DNA from: Deltaproteobacteria bacterium
GTDB taxonomy: Bacteria; Myxococcota_A; Polyangia; Polyangiales; Houyiibacteriaceae
NCBI GenBank assembly: GCA_034670305.1
Contig: JAXMNT010000024.1
Span: forward strand, 32,001 to 96,000
DNA length: 64,000 nt
Reading direction: 5' to 3'
In this document: piece by piece, positions 50,151 to 60,881 of the stretch
Position numbering within the stretch: position 1 is the stretch's first letter
Layout of the letters: every line of letters starts with the position of its first letter
The notes under the pieces: generated by a model
Told to the model about the DNA's origin: nothing
The model's input: only the letters and a program-made list of their open reading frames with translations
Database searches by the model: none
Program-made: the position numbers and the translations under genes

Positions 50151-50753
50151 ATGCGTGTCATTGATGGTTGGAAGATGGGGCTGCTGGGCGTCGTCGCGAT
50201 GTGTGTGGGATGCGGCGGCGGGAGCGCGAACCTGACAATTGGCGTCATGCCAGAGGGCGGGAGTTTCCACGGCGTCTGGCAGTCGCCGCAATACGGCAAC
50301 ATGCACCTGTGCCAGACCGGCTCGCAGGTGGTCGGCGACTACGAGAAGGACGAACGGCGCGGTCGCATCCAGGGCACGATCCAAGGCGACACGCTGCGCT
50401 TCACCTGGGAGGAGCAGCGCCAAATGGTCATCGGGCGGACCCAGACCACGCGTGGTCGCGGCTACTTCCAGATGACCCGCCGGCAGGACAACGACCTTTT
50501 CATCACCGGTGAATGGGGCGTCGACGATTCCGAGACCGGCGGCGGTCCGTGGAACGGTGTGAAGATGCGACGCGGTGCGCCAGAACGCTGTGTCGCGGCC
50601 AGCGATCAGGGTGGATCCAGCAGCGGCGATGGCTACGACGACTACGGCGACGACGACTACGACGACGGCAGCGCCGTCGACAGCGGCGGCGGCGGCGGTG
50701 CGTATCAAGAAGACGCGGACACGGACGACCTCGAAGGTCTGGACGACTTCTGA
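50151..50753 (+). CDS. Hypothetical lipoprotein with acidic tail
   Basis: Lipobox MCVGC; FHGVWQSPQYGNMHLCQ beta-rich domain; Asp-rich C-terminus. Confidence 0.8.
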   Translation: MRVIDGWKMGLLGVVAMCVGCGGGSANLTIGVMPEGGSFHGVWQSPQYGNMHLCQTGSQVVGDYEKDERRGRIQGTIQGDTLRFTWEEQRQMVIGRTQTTRGRGYFQMTRRQDNDLFITGEWGVDDSETGGGPWNGVKMRRGAPERCVAASDQGGSSSGDGYDDYGDDDYDDGSAVDSGGGGGAYQEDADTDDLEGLDDF

Positions 50754-50755
50754 TC

Positions 50756-50950
50756 ATGGCCGAGACCGTGTTCAAGAAGGCGTCGGGTGGTGACTGGGTG
50801 GAGGCCTCCACCCACGCCGACCAGGAAGAAGCACTGGCCGCCGGCAAGGCACTGTTGCTCAGCGACAAGAGTGTGGAGCGGGTGCGGGTGGCCGGTGAGG
50901 TGTTCGCGCGTGGGCCAGGCGGCATCGTCATCGAAGTCATGAGCGACTGA
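50756..50950 (+). CDS. Small hypothetical protein (64 aa)
   Basis: ATG 2 bp after the upstream stop; GC3-rich codons. Confidence 0.55.
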   Translation: MAETVFKKASGGDWVEASTHADQEEALAAGKALLLSDKSVERVRVAGEVFARGPGGIVIEVMSD

Positions 50951-51074
50951 CGGCCCGAAGCCGTGCCAGCGCGAAGGAAGTTGGGGAGGGGCTCTGCCCC
51001 GAACAGGTCGGAGGGAGATGCGCCCGTCCCCCGCGGACAACAAACGCATTGCGCGTGGTGGTAGGCTCGCGGGC

Positions 51075-51725
51075 ATGTCGGACGAACCGAAGACCTTCGA
51101 GGGCGAGAGCGCGGATGTGACCTGGGATGGTCGCCTCTGCATTCACATTGGCGAGTGTGGGCGGGCGGAGGGCGAGCTCTTCGTGGGTGGCCGCGAGCCT
51201 TGGTGTCAGCCCGACGTCTCGGCCGCGGATGATGCGCTGGACGTGGTCCAGCGGTGTCCCACCGGCGCGCTCTCGATTCGCCGCAAGGACGGGGGCGCCA
51301 TCGAGACCGCGCCGAAGGGCAACCAAGTCGTGGTCGCGAACCACGGGCCGCTTTACGTCACGGGAGACTTGGCGATCGATGGGGCTGCCGACGACATGCC
51401 TGGCGTGAAGTTTCGCGCTGCGCTTTGCCGGTGCGGCCTCTCGAAGAAGAAACCCTTCTGCGACAACAGCCACGAAGAAGGCGGCTTTCAGGATCGCGGC
51501 GCCATCGGCTCCAAGGGCGACGGCTTCGAAGGGGAGGGCGGTCCGTTGACCATCTCCCGTGCGAAGAACGGCCCGTTGCTGCTCAGCGGCAAAGTCGAGC
51601 TGCGCACCGCGAGCGGTCGGCTGGCCTGGCGCGGAGAGAAGTGCGCGCTCTGCCGCTGTGGCCAGTCGAAGAACAAACCGTTCTGCGACGGATCCCACAA
51701 AGCGGCCGGCTTCGAAGCCGACTGA
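51075..51725 (+). CDS. Fe-S protein: divergent 4Fe-4S domain plus two CDGSH 2Fe-2S domains
   Basis: CIHIGEC...CPTGAL; CRCGLSKKKPFCDNSH; CRCGQSKNKPFCDGSH. Confidence 0.9.
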   Translation: MSDEPKTFEGESADVTWDGRLCIHIGECGRAEGELFVGGREPWCQPDVSAADDALDVVQRCPTGALSIRRKDGGAIETAPKGNQVVVANHGPLYVTGDLAIDGAADDMPGVKFRAALCRCGLSKKKPFCDNSHEEGGFQDRGAIGSKGDGFEGEGGPLTISRAKNGPLLLSGKVELRTASGRLAWRGEKCALCRCGQSKNKPFCDGSHKAAGFEAD

Positions 51726-51764
51726 CCGCGTACTGAAGAGGCCGCGTGCAGGGCAGTGGGGGTG

Positions 51765-54700
51765 TCAGTGCGCGTTCCTGTCCATGAGCGCTTCGAGCGT
51801 CGTCCCGCTGTCCCGTTCGGAGTCCGTCAGGAGCTGCGCCGGGTCCTGCCGCCACGCGTTCAGGTCGAGCGGCAGCACGTACACCTGGCCTCCGGTCGCG
51901 AAGATCATGCGTCCGTCCGGGGTCCAACTCGCCGCGGTGGTGCGCTCATCGATGTCCAGCCGCGCTTCGAGGACACCACGCGCGTTGTAGACGCGCGCAC
52001 CTCGATCGGTCGTCACGAGCATGCGCTCTCCGTCGGGGGACCAGGCCACCGAGCGGGCAACCTCGCCGTCCAAGAGCCGTTGCCCGCGCACGCGTTCGCC
52101 GTTCTGCGGATCCCACCCGCGCAGTTGCCCTTCCAGATCGACGGTGGTCAGTTCGCTCCCGTCCGGATGCCAGCTGGCGTCGTAGATGCGCGCTTCGTGC
52201 GCGCTCCAGCGGCGGATGACGCGGGCGTTGCCAGCGTCGATCAACGTGACGTGACCATCGAACCCGGCGCTCGCGAGGAACTCGCCCGACGGATGGAAGC
52301 CCACCCACCATGTGCGCCCGTCCGCAATGGGGACACTTCGCAGTGCGCCGCTCGCCTGATCGCGCAGCAGGATGGCACCGTCCCCGCTCGCAATCGCGAG
52401 CGTCTGCCGATCCGGCGAAAGCGTCAGGGCGTCGCCAAAGTGGGGCAGCCGCGCGACCAGCTCGCTGGTGCGCGCCGCAAGATCGTGAACCCGCAGGGTT
52501 CGGTCCATCCCGGAGGTGGCCACCGTGTCGGCGTCGACGAACACGGCGGCCCGGACCGGCGCGGTGTGCCCTTCGAAGACGTGGTCCATGCGGCCCGTGC
52601 GTGCGTCCCAGACACGCACGACCGCGTCGTCGCCCCCCGCCAGCAGCCAGTGCGAATCGGGGCTCCAGACGGCGACATCGATCCGGCCGCGACTCGGGGC
52701 CACGAACGACACCCCCTCGCGGGTCGTTGGGATCTCCCACTCGACCACCCGGCGATCCACGCCCCCGCTGAACAGCCGGCTCCCCGACGAATTGAAGGCG
52801 AGTGCGGCGATCCTCCCCTCATGCCCGTCGAACCGCGCCACCGGTCGCATGCTCTCGGCGTCGATGATGGTGATCTCGTCGGCGGCCAGGGCGAGCCATC
52901 GTCCATCGGGAGACACGGTCACGATGTCGTAGCCGTCCCCGAATCGCGTCTCGGCGACCAGGGCGCCGCCCGTGCGGTCGAATCGCCGCAGGACGCCCTC
53001 GTCATCCACGGTGACGATCTCCTGCGGCGTCAGATCGAGGCCTCGCATCCTGGAGCGGGCCCCGTTGACCAAACCGCCTCCGCCTCCGATCCGTCGAACG
53101 ACCGAGGCGGAGGGCAGGTCGACCACGACCGCCTCGGGACCTGAACTGCTCAACACGGCGACGGACGCCTCGCGGGGGCAGAGGAGGCGCCAGGGAACGG
53201 CAGTCGTTGCTTCGATCGTCTGCCGCATCTCGCCGGTGTCTGCGTCGAACACGGCGATCTGTCCGTCGCTCCCGGCACCCAGCAAGGTTCCGTCTGCAGC
53301 GAAACACACCCCGTACACCCGGTCGGCGGGGTGCTCGACAATCCGGAGCAACTCGCCTCGCGGGAACGACCAGATCCGAATTTCACCGTCGTACGCGCTC
53401 GTCGCGAGCCGTGCCGATGCTGAATCGAGCGCCGCCTGAAAGACCGTCCCACCGTGTCCTTCGAGCACTTGCTGTACGTGCCCGGTGTTCAGATCCCAGA
53501 TCACCGCGCGCCGGTCTGCCGAAGTGGTCACAAGCCATCGGTCGTCGTCCGAGACGAGCACGTCGTAGATCCAGTCTTCGTGCTCGCCGAACGTCCGCGC
53601 CTGCTTGGCGAAACGCAGAGCGCGGGCCGCCGCCCAGGTGGCCGCGGGGCCCGCGAGCCAATCCCCGACCTGCGTGGTCTCACGCAGCGCGCGGTTGGGC
53701 CCGCGTGGATGCTCGGGGGACTCCGCCATCGCGGCCGCGGCAAACAACTCGGCGCCGAGGTGGTCGCCCCTTCGAAGACGACGCACGGCGCTCTGCCAGT
53801 GGACTTGGGCAAGGCGTTCGTGAGTCTCGCGCTCCTGGCCGCGCGCGCGCCGCTCGGCAACGACCGCTCGTTCTCGCTCGGCCTCGGCCACCTGCTGCTC
53901 TCGAACGATGAACACCACCGCAGCGACGGCGAGGACCACCAGGGAAGCCAGGGCCCAGGTCAGCGCCCGATTGCGTCGTACGAAGCGCGTCACGAGCTCC
54001 CACGACGTGTACTCGTAGGCTCCGACAAGGCGGCCCGTTTGAAAGGCTTCGAGGTCGCGCGCCAGCTCCCGTGCGTCGCGGTAACGTTCGGTCCGATCGC
54101 GCGCCATCGCCTTGTCGATGATGCTCACCAGATCGGGGGGCGCGTTCGGCGCCCGCTCGGACAGGGGCACCGGCGGTCCCTCGAGAAGCTGGCGGAGCGC
54201 ATTGCCCTCGTAGGGAGGCCGTCCGCAGAGCGAGTGGTAGAGCAGGGCGCCGAGGGAGTACACATCCGCTCGCGCGTCGAGCGGCTCGGCACGCGCTTGC
54301 TCAGGCGGCATGTAGGCGGGCGTGCCCATGATGGACCCTTCGCGGGTGAGCGTGTCGTCCTCGTTGGCCGCGTCCAGGGTGTCGCGCGCGTCCGCCACAT
54401 CGTCGGTGTCGCCGATGCCTTTGGCGAGTCCCCAGTCGATGACGATCGTCTCCCCGAACTCGCCGAGCAGGACGTTGGCCGGCTTGAGATCGCGGTGAAT
54501 GATCCCCTTCTCATGCGCGTACGCAATCGCCTCGACCGCCGGGAGAATTCGCGGGACGAGCGCCAGCCGCGCTCCCGGATCGGACGCCTCGTCGACGACG
54601 ACGTCGAAGGCTCGACCGCCGACGAGCTTCATCGCGAAGAAGGGGCGACCGTCCGGCCACTGACCAACTTCGTACACCGGCACGATGCTCGGATGTTGAA

Positions 54701-54977
54701 GTTGTGCCGTGATTCGCGCCTCGCGTTCGAAGCGCAGCCGCTGCTGAGGCCTCGGATCGCCGAGGAGCTCTTTCACGGCAACCAGTCGTCCGGTGCGCGT
54801 GTCCCGCGCCTCACGCACGACGCCCATGCCACCTCGCGCGACATCGTCGCCGATGACGTAGTGCGACGGGTCGACGGTTTTCAGCGAACCGTCTACGTCG
54901 GCGTCGCTCGTCGTGTTGTCGTCGTCGGCGGCGAGTGTCCGCGCCGCTTCCAACGAGTCGCGACCGGGGTCACTCAC
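51765..54977 (-). CDS. Ser/Thr protein kinase with C-terminal WD40 repeats
   Basis: ARGGMGVV, HRDLKPAN, DWGLAK, GTPAYMPPEQ; multiple GH...WD repeats. Confidence 0.92.
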   Translation of the reverse strand: MSDPGRDSLEAARTLAADDDNTTSDADVDGSLKTVDPSHYVIGDDVARGGMGVVREARDTRTGRLVAVKELLGDPRPQQRLRFEREARITAQLQHPSIVPVYEVGQWPDGRPFFAMKLVGGRAFDVVVDEASDPGARLALVPRILPAVEAIAYAHEKGIIHRDLKPANVLLGEFGETIVIDWGLAKGIGDTDDVADARDTLDAANEDDTLTREGSIMGTPAYMPPEQARAEPLDARADVYSLGALLYHSLCGRPPYEGNALRQLLEGPPVPLSERAPNAPPDLVSIIDKAMARDRTERYRDARELARDLEAFQTGRLVGAYEYTSWELVTRFVRRNRALTWALASLVVLAVAAVVFIVREQQVAEAERERAVVAERRARGQERETHERLAQVHWQSAVRRLRRGDHLGAELFAAAAMAESPEHPRGPNRALRETTQVGDWLAGPAATWAAARALRFAKQARTFGEHEDWIYDVLVSDDDRWLVTTSADRRAVIWDLNTGHVQQVLEGHGGTVFQAALDSASARLATSAYDGEIRIWSFPRGELLRIVEHPADRVYGVCFAADGTLLGAGSDGQIAVFDADTGEMRQTIEATTAVPWRLLCPREASVAVLSSSGPEAVVVDLPSASVVRRIGGGGGLVNGARSRMRGLDLTPQEIVTVDDEGVLRRFDRTGGALVAETRFGDGYDIVTVSPDGRWLALAADEITIIDAESMRPVARFDGHEGRIAALAFNSSGSRLFSGGVDRRVVEWEIPTTREGVSFVAPSRGRIDVAVWSPDSHWLLAGGDDAVVRVWDARTGRMDHVFEGHTAPVRAAVFVDADTVATSGMDRTLRVHDLAARTSELVARLPHFGDALTLSPDRQTLAIASGDGAILLRDQASGALRSVPIADGRTWWVGFHPSGEFLASAGFDGHVTLIDAGNARVIRRWSAHEARIYDASWHPDGSELTTVDLEGQLRGWDPQNGERVRGQRLLDGEVARSVAWSPDGERMLVTTDRGARVYNARGVLEARLDIDERTTAASWTPDGRMIFATGGQVYVLPLDLNAWRQDPAQLLTDSERDSGTTLEALMDRNAH

Positions 54978-55039
54978 GCGTGGACCATCGCATCAGCGCC
55001 CAAGGGTCGCTTGGTCAGGTCTCGTTGACAACTGGGGTT

Positions 55040-56257
55040 TCAACCGGGGCCATCCTGGATCACGCTCCGGGGACCGGTGTAGCGCGCCCGGGGGCGCAGC
55101 AGGAAAGGCGCACCTCGCTGTTCCTCGATGTGGGCGATCCATCCGGCGAGGCGTCCGATCGCGAATAGGGCGAGCGCTCCGCCGCGCGGCAGGCCGAGTG
55201 CGATCCGGGTGGCGACGAGGCCGACGTCTAGGTTGGGTGCGCCCTCGCCCGCGCTGGCCGCGGCTTCCACGACCGAGCGCAGCGTCACGCTGCGCTTCTT
55301 CCGGTCCGACGCGACCGCTTCGAGCAGCGACTTCGCCCGCGGGTCGCCGTCCGGGTAGAGCGGATGGGAGAACCCTGTCACGAGCTCGCCTCGTTGGCGG
55401 CGTGCCCGCAGGGTGGGCGCGGCTCGGTCGGGGCTGCCCGTTTCGTCGAGCAGCGCTTCGAAACGTTCGGTCTCGCCCCCGTGGCGTGGACCGGACAAGG
55501 CTGCGTTCGCGGCGGTGAGACAGACACACGTTGCTGCACCGGTGGACGCGACCACTCGAGCCGCAAACGAAGACACGTTGAGTTCGTGTTCCGCCGCCCA
55601 CACCAGGGCCCGGTTCACGAGTCGCCGCTTGGGCGCGGTCGCGCGCACGCCATACGCCGTGAGCAGCGCGTGTACGGTGCTCGGGGACCGGAGGGCGAGG
55701 CGGGCATCGGCGGTGGCGACGGCGAGCCCGGCGGTGCAGTGGCGCACGATGGATTCCGCGCTCGGTTCGACGTCTCCCATCGCGAGACTCTGCAGCACGA
55801 ACCCGAGCCGTGCGGTGACGGTCGTGGCAGCGGCGGGAATCGCGATCGGGCGCGTGGCGCGCGGAGCCACCCAGGGACGCTCGAGGAGCCACGCGACAAC
55901 CTCTTCGAACGCGGCCCCCTGGTCGACGAGCGCTCCTGCGGGTCGTCCGCGGTAGACAGGCCCCTCCGGGTCGATGCGCGAGATGCCGGAGTCGAGGACC
56001 GGTTCGCCCCAGCGCAGCGCACCAGCGGCCACCGCACCGTGTCCGGACCGGGCATCCCGCCGCGCACAGAGCCGCTCGACGTCGGCCTGGCTGTAGACCC
56101 GTCGCCGGCCGCCGCGACCGCTGCCCTCGCGGGCGGGTGCGCTGCGCACGAGCCCGCGGCTCACGTAGGCGTAGAGCGTCGCCTTCTGCACACCGAGCCG
56201 TGCACACGCGGCGTCGGCGCTGAGCCACGGTTCTTCGGTCGGGTCGGAGGGGTGCAT
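55040..56257 (-). CDS. HTH-citrate synthase family fusion protein (probable regulator)
   Basis: N-terminal WLSADAACARLGVQKATLYAYVSRG (excisionase/MerR-like HTH); AEHELNVSSF, GPRHGG, GFSHPLY, PNLD. Confidence 0.88.
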   Translation of the reverse strand: MHPSDPTEEPWLSADAACARLGVQKATLYAYVSRGLVRSAPAREGSGRGGRRRVYSQADVERLCARRDARSGHGAVAAGALRWGEPVLDSGISRIDPEGPVYRGRPAGALVDQGAAFEEVVAWLLERPWVAPRATRPIAIPAAATTVTARLGFVLQSLAMGDVEPSAESIVRHCTAGLAVATADARLALRSPSTVHALLTAYGVRATAPKRRLVNRALVWAAEHELNVSSFAARVVASTGAATCVCLTAANAALSGPRHGGETERFEALLDETGSPDRAAPTLRARRQRGELVTGFSHPLYPDGDPRAKSLLEAVASDRKKRSVTLRSVVEAAASAGEGAPNLDVGLVATRIALGLPRGGALALFAIGRLAGWIAHIEEQRGAPFLLRPRARYTGPRSVIQDGPG

Positions 56258-56270
56258 GGTCGAATCCACT

Positions 56271-56303
56271 ATATTGATCACATGATCAACGTTGATCAAT
56301 GTT
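56271..56303. promoter_or_regulatory. Candidate operator with three TGATCA boxes
   Basis: ATATTGATCACATGATCAACGTTGATCAATGTT, including the perfect 16-bp palindrome TGATCAACGTTGATCA (56283-56298). Confidence 0.75.
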
Positions 56304-56338
56304 GGGTGAGTCACGAGAGTGGGTCTCGGAGGTACCCC

Positions 56339-57487
56339 ATGTCCAGTGATTCCCAAACCACGCCCGCACATGTCTCGTCCGGCGTCGACGAGCCGCAACC
56401 GCCCCCTGTCGTCGATGCACAGTCTGTGTCGTCCGGACTCGAAGGCGTGGTGGCGGCCGAGACCTCGGTCAGCGAGGTCGATGGCGAACGCGGCGTACTG
56501 ATCCTGGCAGGCCAGCCGGTTCAGGCGTTCTCCCGCCACAGCTTCGAGGAGGTGATCGCCATCCTGCGCACCGTCTCGGGTGAGACCCGCCCCCGCGCAC
56601 TCGACCCGCAGGTCATCCAGGTCCAACTCGCGCTCGCTCGGAAGGAAGCCTTCGCGCGCCTCGATCATCTCGGAGACGCGCTCGACGCGCCCGACGCGAT
56701 GTCGGCGTTGCGCGCGGGCATCGCGCACTTCGACACGCGCGACGAAGACGCCGACGTCCAACTGGCGGGTGCGATCCCGGTGCTCGCGGCGGCCTGGCAA
56801 CGCCGGCAGCGCGGCCAAGCCGCCATCGCTCCATCGTCGGGCGCAGCACACGCGGAGGACATGCTCCGTTTGTACGCGACCGGCGCGTCCCCGGAAGCCG
56901 CGGCGGCTCTCGGCGCGTACCTCGCGACGGTGGTGGACCACGGGCTCAACGCCTCCACCTTTGCGGCGCGCGTGGTGGCATCGACCGCGTCCGACACGAC
57001 GTCTGCGGTGGTGGCCGCCATCGGTGCGCTCAAGGGACCGCTGCATGGAGGCGCACCCGGTCCCGTGCTGGACATGCTCGATGCGATCGGCACCGCGGAC
57101 CGAGCCGAGGATTGGATCACGGCCGAGCTCGCGGCGGGCCGCCGGATCATGGGCATGGGCCACCGGGTCTACAAGGTCCGAGACCCGCGCGCGTCGGCGC
57201 TTGAAGCAGCGGCTGCGAAGCTTGGCGGGTCGGGTCGCATCGCCCTGACCCATGCCGTCGAGTCGGCCGCCCAGCGCGTCCTCGAACGCGTCAAACCAGG
57301 ACGCCGGCTGCGGGCCAACGTGGAGATGTGGACCGCGGTCCTGCTCGACGCGCTCGGCATCGACCGCGCCCTCTTCACCGCGACCTTCGCCGCATCCCGC
57401 GTCGTCGGCTGGTGCGCCCACGTCCGCGAGCAGCGGCTCCACGGCCGCCTGCTGCGCCCTTCGTCCAAGTACATCGGCCCGCGGTAG
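56339..57487 (+). CDS. Citrate synthase family protein
   Basis: [51 protein letters not shown]. Confidence 0.92.
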   Translation: MSSDSQTTPAHVSSGVDEPQPPPVVDAQSVSSGLEGVVAAETSVSEVDGERGVLILAGQPVQAFSRHSFEEVIAILRTVSGETRPRALDPQVIQVQLALARKEAFARLDHLGDALDAPDAMSALRAGIAHFDTRDEDADVQLAGAIPVLAAAWQRRQRGQAAIAPSSGAAHAEDMLRLYATGASPEAAAALGAYLATVVDHGLNASTFAARVVASTASDTTSAVVAAIGALKGPLHGGAPGPVLDMLDAIGTADRAEDWITAELAAGRRIMGMGHRVYKVRDPRASALEAAAAKLGGSGRIALTHAVESAAQRVLERVKPGRRLRANVEMWTAVLLDALGIDRALFTATFAASRVVGWCAHVREQRLHGRLLRPSSKYIGPR

Positions 57488-57497
57488 CGGCGCATCG

Positions 57498-57712
57498 ATT
57501 CGGGTTCGGCTTCGGCGTCGGATTCGGCTTCGGATTCGGATTCGGATTCGGGGTCGGCGTCGGCTTCGGGGTCGGCATCGGATTCGGGGTCGGCGTCGGC
57601 TTCGGGGTCGCCATCGGATTCGGGGTCGGCGTCGGCTTCGCGCAAGCAAGGGGGCAAGGGCAGGGGCAAGGGCAGGGGCAAGGGGCACCCACCCACCGGC
57701 ACGGGCATGGGC
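57498..57712. repeat. Intergenic hexamer array E: (WTCGGN)n then (GGGCAR)n
   Basis: Reverse complement of the A/D arrangement; internal 36-bp higher-order repeat. Confidence 0.9.
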
Positions 57713-57748
57713 GAGGCACGTTCCGCGACTTCGAGTATGTTCGGTGAC

Positions 57749-58942
57749 ATGCGGAACGCTCGAACACTCGGGGTGGCGGCAGCGCTCGTCGCATCCTTGG
57801 TCGGCGGCTTCCTCTGGTGGACCACGCGCATCCCGCCCGGTGGCCCCGACGAAGACCCGACGGCCCCGCGTTTCGCGGAGGACATCCCGAAGATCGACGT
57901 GCACGTGCACGTGCCGGCCGGCATGGCGGAGGGCACCGTCGACCTGCTCGGGCGGTACGGCGTGCGCCTCGCACTCAACGCCTCCGGCGGCAGCCCGGGC
58001 CGCGGCCTCGAGCAGACGACGGCGGCCGCGCGCCGGACCAGCGGGCGCCTGCTGCCCTACTGCAACCTCGAGTGGCAGAACGTCGCCTACGAAGACTGGG
58101 CGCAATACGCCGTCACCACGCTCGAGCAGTGCAAGGCGATGGGCGCCATCGGGCTCAAGATCTACAAAGCGCTCGGGCTCGGCTACATGAACCGCGACGG
58201 CACCTTGCTCGCCATCGACGACCCCCGCCTCGACGTGGCGTTCGAGCGGGCCGGCGAACTCGGTCTGCCGGTGCTGATGCACAGCGGCGATCCGCGCGCG
58301 TTCTTCGAACCGCCCACCGAGGACAACGAGCGCTACGCGGAGCTCGGCGCGCATCCGAGCTGGAGCTTCTACGGTCCCATTCCCACCCGTCCGGGCGACC
58401 CACCGCTTGGCAACTGGCCGAGCTGGATCGAAGTGCTCCGCCAGTTCGAACGGCGGGTCGGCCGCCACCCGAACACCACGTTCGTCGGCGCGCACTTCGG
58501 CAACGCGCCCGAGGACCTCGACTTCGTCGCGCGCATGCTCGACGCGAACCCGAGCTACGTGATCGAGACCGGCGCCCGTGTCCCAGAGTTCGGCCGACAT
58601 CCGGTCGCGCGGCTCAAGGCGTTCTTCGAGCGCTACCACGACCGCATCCTCTTCGGCACCGACTTCCAGCGCATCCCCGCCGGCTTCGTGCTCGGTTCGG
58701 TCGGCGACGAACTCAACACGATCGGCGACGTCGCCCCCTTCTTCGAATCGCACTGGCGCTTCTTCGAAACCGAAGACGTCGACTTCCCACACCCGAGCCC
58801 GATCCAAGGCGACTGGACGATCAGCGGCATCCACCTCCCGCGCCCCATCCTCGAAGACATCTACCACCGCAACGCCGAGCGCGTCTTCGGCCTAGAACTC
58901 CCCGCCCCCGACCCGCCAGCAACACCCACGCCGACCCAATAG
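57749..58942 (+). CDS. Amidohydrolase family protein, membrane-anchored or exported
   Basis: [41 protein letters not shown]. Confidence 0.88.
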   Translation: MRNARTLGVAAALVASLVGGFLWWTTRIPPGGPDEDPTAPRFAEDIPKIDVHVHVPAGMAEGTVDLLGRYGVRLALNASGGSPGRGLEQTTAAARRTSGRLLPYCNLEWQNVAYEDWAQYAVTTLEQCKAMGAIGLKIYKALGLGYMNRDGTLLAIDDPRLDVAFERAGELGLPVLMHSGDPRAFFEPPTEDNERYAELGAHPSWSFYGPIPTRPGDPPLGNWPSWIEVLRQFERRVGRHPNTTFVGAHFGNAPEDLDFVARMLDANPSYVIETGARVPEFGRHPVARLKAFFERYHDRILFGTDFQRIPAGFVLGSVGDELNTIGDVAPFFESHWRFFETEDVDFPHPSPIQGDWTISGIHLPRPILEDIYHRNAERVFGLELPAPDPPATPTPTQ

Positions 58943-58956
58943 CTGGACCGGACTGC

Positions 58957-59090
58957 CTCGGAATCGGCTACGGCTTCGGAATCGGCTTCGGAATCGGCTT
59001 CGGCTTCGGGATAGGCTTCGGGATCGGCTTCGGGATCGGCTTCGGGATCAGCTTCGGCTTCGGCTTCGGGATCGGCCTTCGGGATCGGCG
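58957..59090. repeat. Intergenic hexamer array F: (WTCGGN)n between convergent genes
   Basis: Directly visible. Confidence 0.88.
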
Positions 59091-59114
59091 TCAGCGGCAG
59101 CAGCTGCCGCGACC

Positions 59115-60881
59115 CTACGTCAACCGCTCCACGTACCCCTCCGGCGCCACCGCGCGGTAGAGCCGCTCGACGAATGCGCCGACTTCCTCGCGCGCCACGG
59201 GAACCCGGCTCTCGCGCACGCCGAACTCGATCGGTGCGTCGCCTTCGCCGTGATCCTCGTAGGAGAACCCGCCGTAGGTCTCGAGGTGCCCGAGCCGGAA
59301 GCCATGCAAGGCGAGCCGGTAGAGCATGCGCGCCATCCAGTAGCGGGGCACCTCCGCGTGCGCGTCGCCCACCGAAACGCGTACGACCGTCGGGCTCACG
59401 TCTTGCACGCGAAGCCCGTCGGACTCGAAGGGGAGCGGGTGTCGCTCGGCGTCTTCGAAGGGCGGGAAGGGCGCTTCGGGGACCTCGTCCCAGGACGTCG
59501 GAGGCGCGTCGGGCGCGACATCGGCGGTGAAGACGAGCGCACGGCGGACCCCGGTCATCTCGCACGTGGCGCCGGGCGCGACGAACACGAAGTCGCCGCG
59601 TGCGTAGGCGCCGTCGAGGTCCGCGTCGATCACGGCGACGAAACCACCGCGCTCGAAGGTTCGGGCTTTGCCGTCCACCAACTCGACCCGCGCGTTGCCC
59701 ACTTCAGCGATGCCTCCCAGCGGCCCTCGCAGCAGATCGAAGAGTGCGGTGGGCGGTGACGGATCGACGTACGGCTTGATCGCTTCGGGCCGGTCGGAAC
59801 GGAGCGTGCGTTCGCCCGGCGCGATCGGCCGGCGTCCACAGAAGACGAGCGTGTAGCCGCTGCGCCGGGTGCCCGGGGCGAAGACGAACGGCTCGTAGGG
59901 AGGACGCAAGCGGCCGGGCCAATGCAAGTGCCCATGCGGATGCAGGAGCAGGTCGCCGGCCAGGTGTTTGTAGCGCGCGGTCTCGTCTCGGGAGACGCGG
60001 TCGAGCACCACGGTGCGCATCGGAAATCCGTCGGCGAGCGAGTCGCCGGTCGGCATCGCAACCGCGTACTCGTCGGAGATGTTGGCGTGCGCGAAGTACA
60101 CGGGCTCGGACGCGGTGGCGATCTCGATCTGCAGGTCGCCCACGGTGCCGACCACCATCAGATGATGTTCGAACCGGCCCGGGCGCGCGGCGAGTTCGGC
60201 GAGGTTCGTGCGCCGGAGCGGAAGCGGCAGCGGCGTACGACTCGGCGGGAAGGTCCAGTGCGCGGTGGCGGGATGCCGGCGCGGGGCCGAGGGATCCGCG
60301 CCCGTGTCGACGTCGAGCGTGGGGCCACCCTTCCAGCGGAACGCAGTCCCCGCGACGCGGCGTCCGAGGTGGTGTGCCGTGCGCAGATCCCCGCTTGGGA
60401 CACGTTGTCCCGACCGCGAGCGCGCCATCGCACCGAGCGAACTGCCAAAGCGGTTGAGGTCGGATTCCTGGTCGCCTCCGCGCGCGGCGAGGCTCGTCCA
60501 GATCATGCCGTGCTGGGCGGCAAAGACCGAGAGCTGGACGAGCACGTTGTGTTTGTCGCCGCCCATCGTGGAGGAGTGCGTGAACCCCGCGGCCGGTTTG
60601 TCGCGCCAGCGCTGGCCCACCCACGCCTGCTTGCTCGACGCATCCATGAAGGCCTTGAACGGTGCCGACACGCTGCCCATGAAGGTGGGGGAACCGAACA
60701 CGAGCGCATCGGCGGCGTGGAGCACGTCCCAGTCCATGTCCGCATCCACCGCGTGCAGCGTGGCGACCGAGCCGGTTGCTTCCACCCCTTGCTGAACGGC
60801 TTCGGCGAGTGCGCGGGTGTGTCCGCGAACCGAGTGGAACACGATGGCGACCCGCACCTCCTTCGCCGCCGGCTCAGACAT
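59115..60881 (-). CDS. WrbA-like flavodoxin fused to a cupin-like domain
   Basis: N-terminal HSVRGHT, FGSPTFMG, FKAFMD, GDK, AAQHGMIW; C-terminal HANISDE...GDLLLHPHGHLH. Confidence 0.8.
   Translation of the reverse strand: MSEPAAKEVRVAIVFHSVRGHTRALAEAVQQGVEATGSVATLHAVDADMDWDVLHAADALVFGSPTFMGSVSAPFKAFMDASSKQAWVGQRWRDKPAAGFTHSSTMGGDKHNVLVQLSVFAAQHGMIWTSLAARGGDQESDLNRFGSSLGAMARSRSGQRVPSGDLRTAHHLGRRVAGTAFRWKGGPTLDVDTGADPSAPRRHPATAHWTFPPSRTPLPLPLRRTNLAELAARPGRFEHHLMVVGTVGDLQIEIATASEPVYFAHANISDEYAVAMPTGDSLADGFPMRTVVLDRVSRDETARYKHLAGDLLLHPHGHLHWPGRLRPPYEPFVFAPGTRRSGYTLVFCGRRPIAPGERTLRSDRPEAIKPYVDPSPPTALFDLLRGPLGGIAEVGNARVELVDGKARTFERGGFVAVIDADLDGAYARGDFVFVAPGATCEMTGVRRALVFTADVAPDAPPTSWDEVPEAPFPPFEDAERHPLPFESDGLRVQDVSPTVVRVSVGDAHAEVPRYWMARMLYRLALHGFRLGHLETYGGFSYEDHGEGDAPIEFGVRESRVPVAREEVGAFVERLYRAVAPEGYVERLT

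Noticed and set aside
55040-58867. 1275-aa ORF as one giant protein (likewise 18174-20762 and 31735-35343)
   Set aside because: Only the 3' parts are real genes; the upstream extensions are antisense to well-supported genes.
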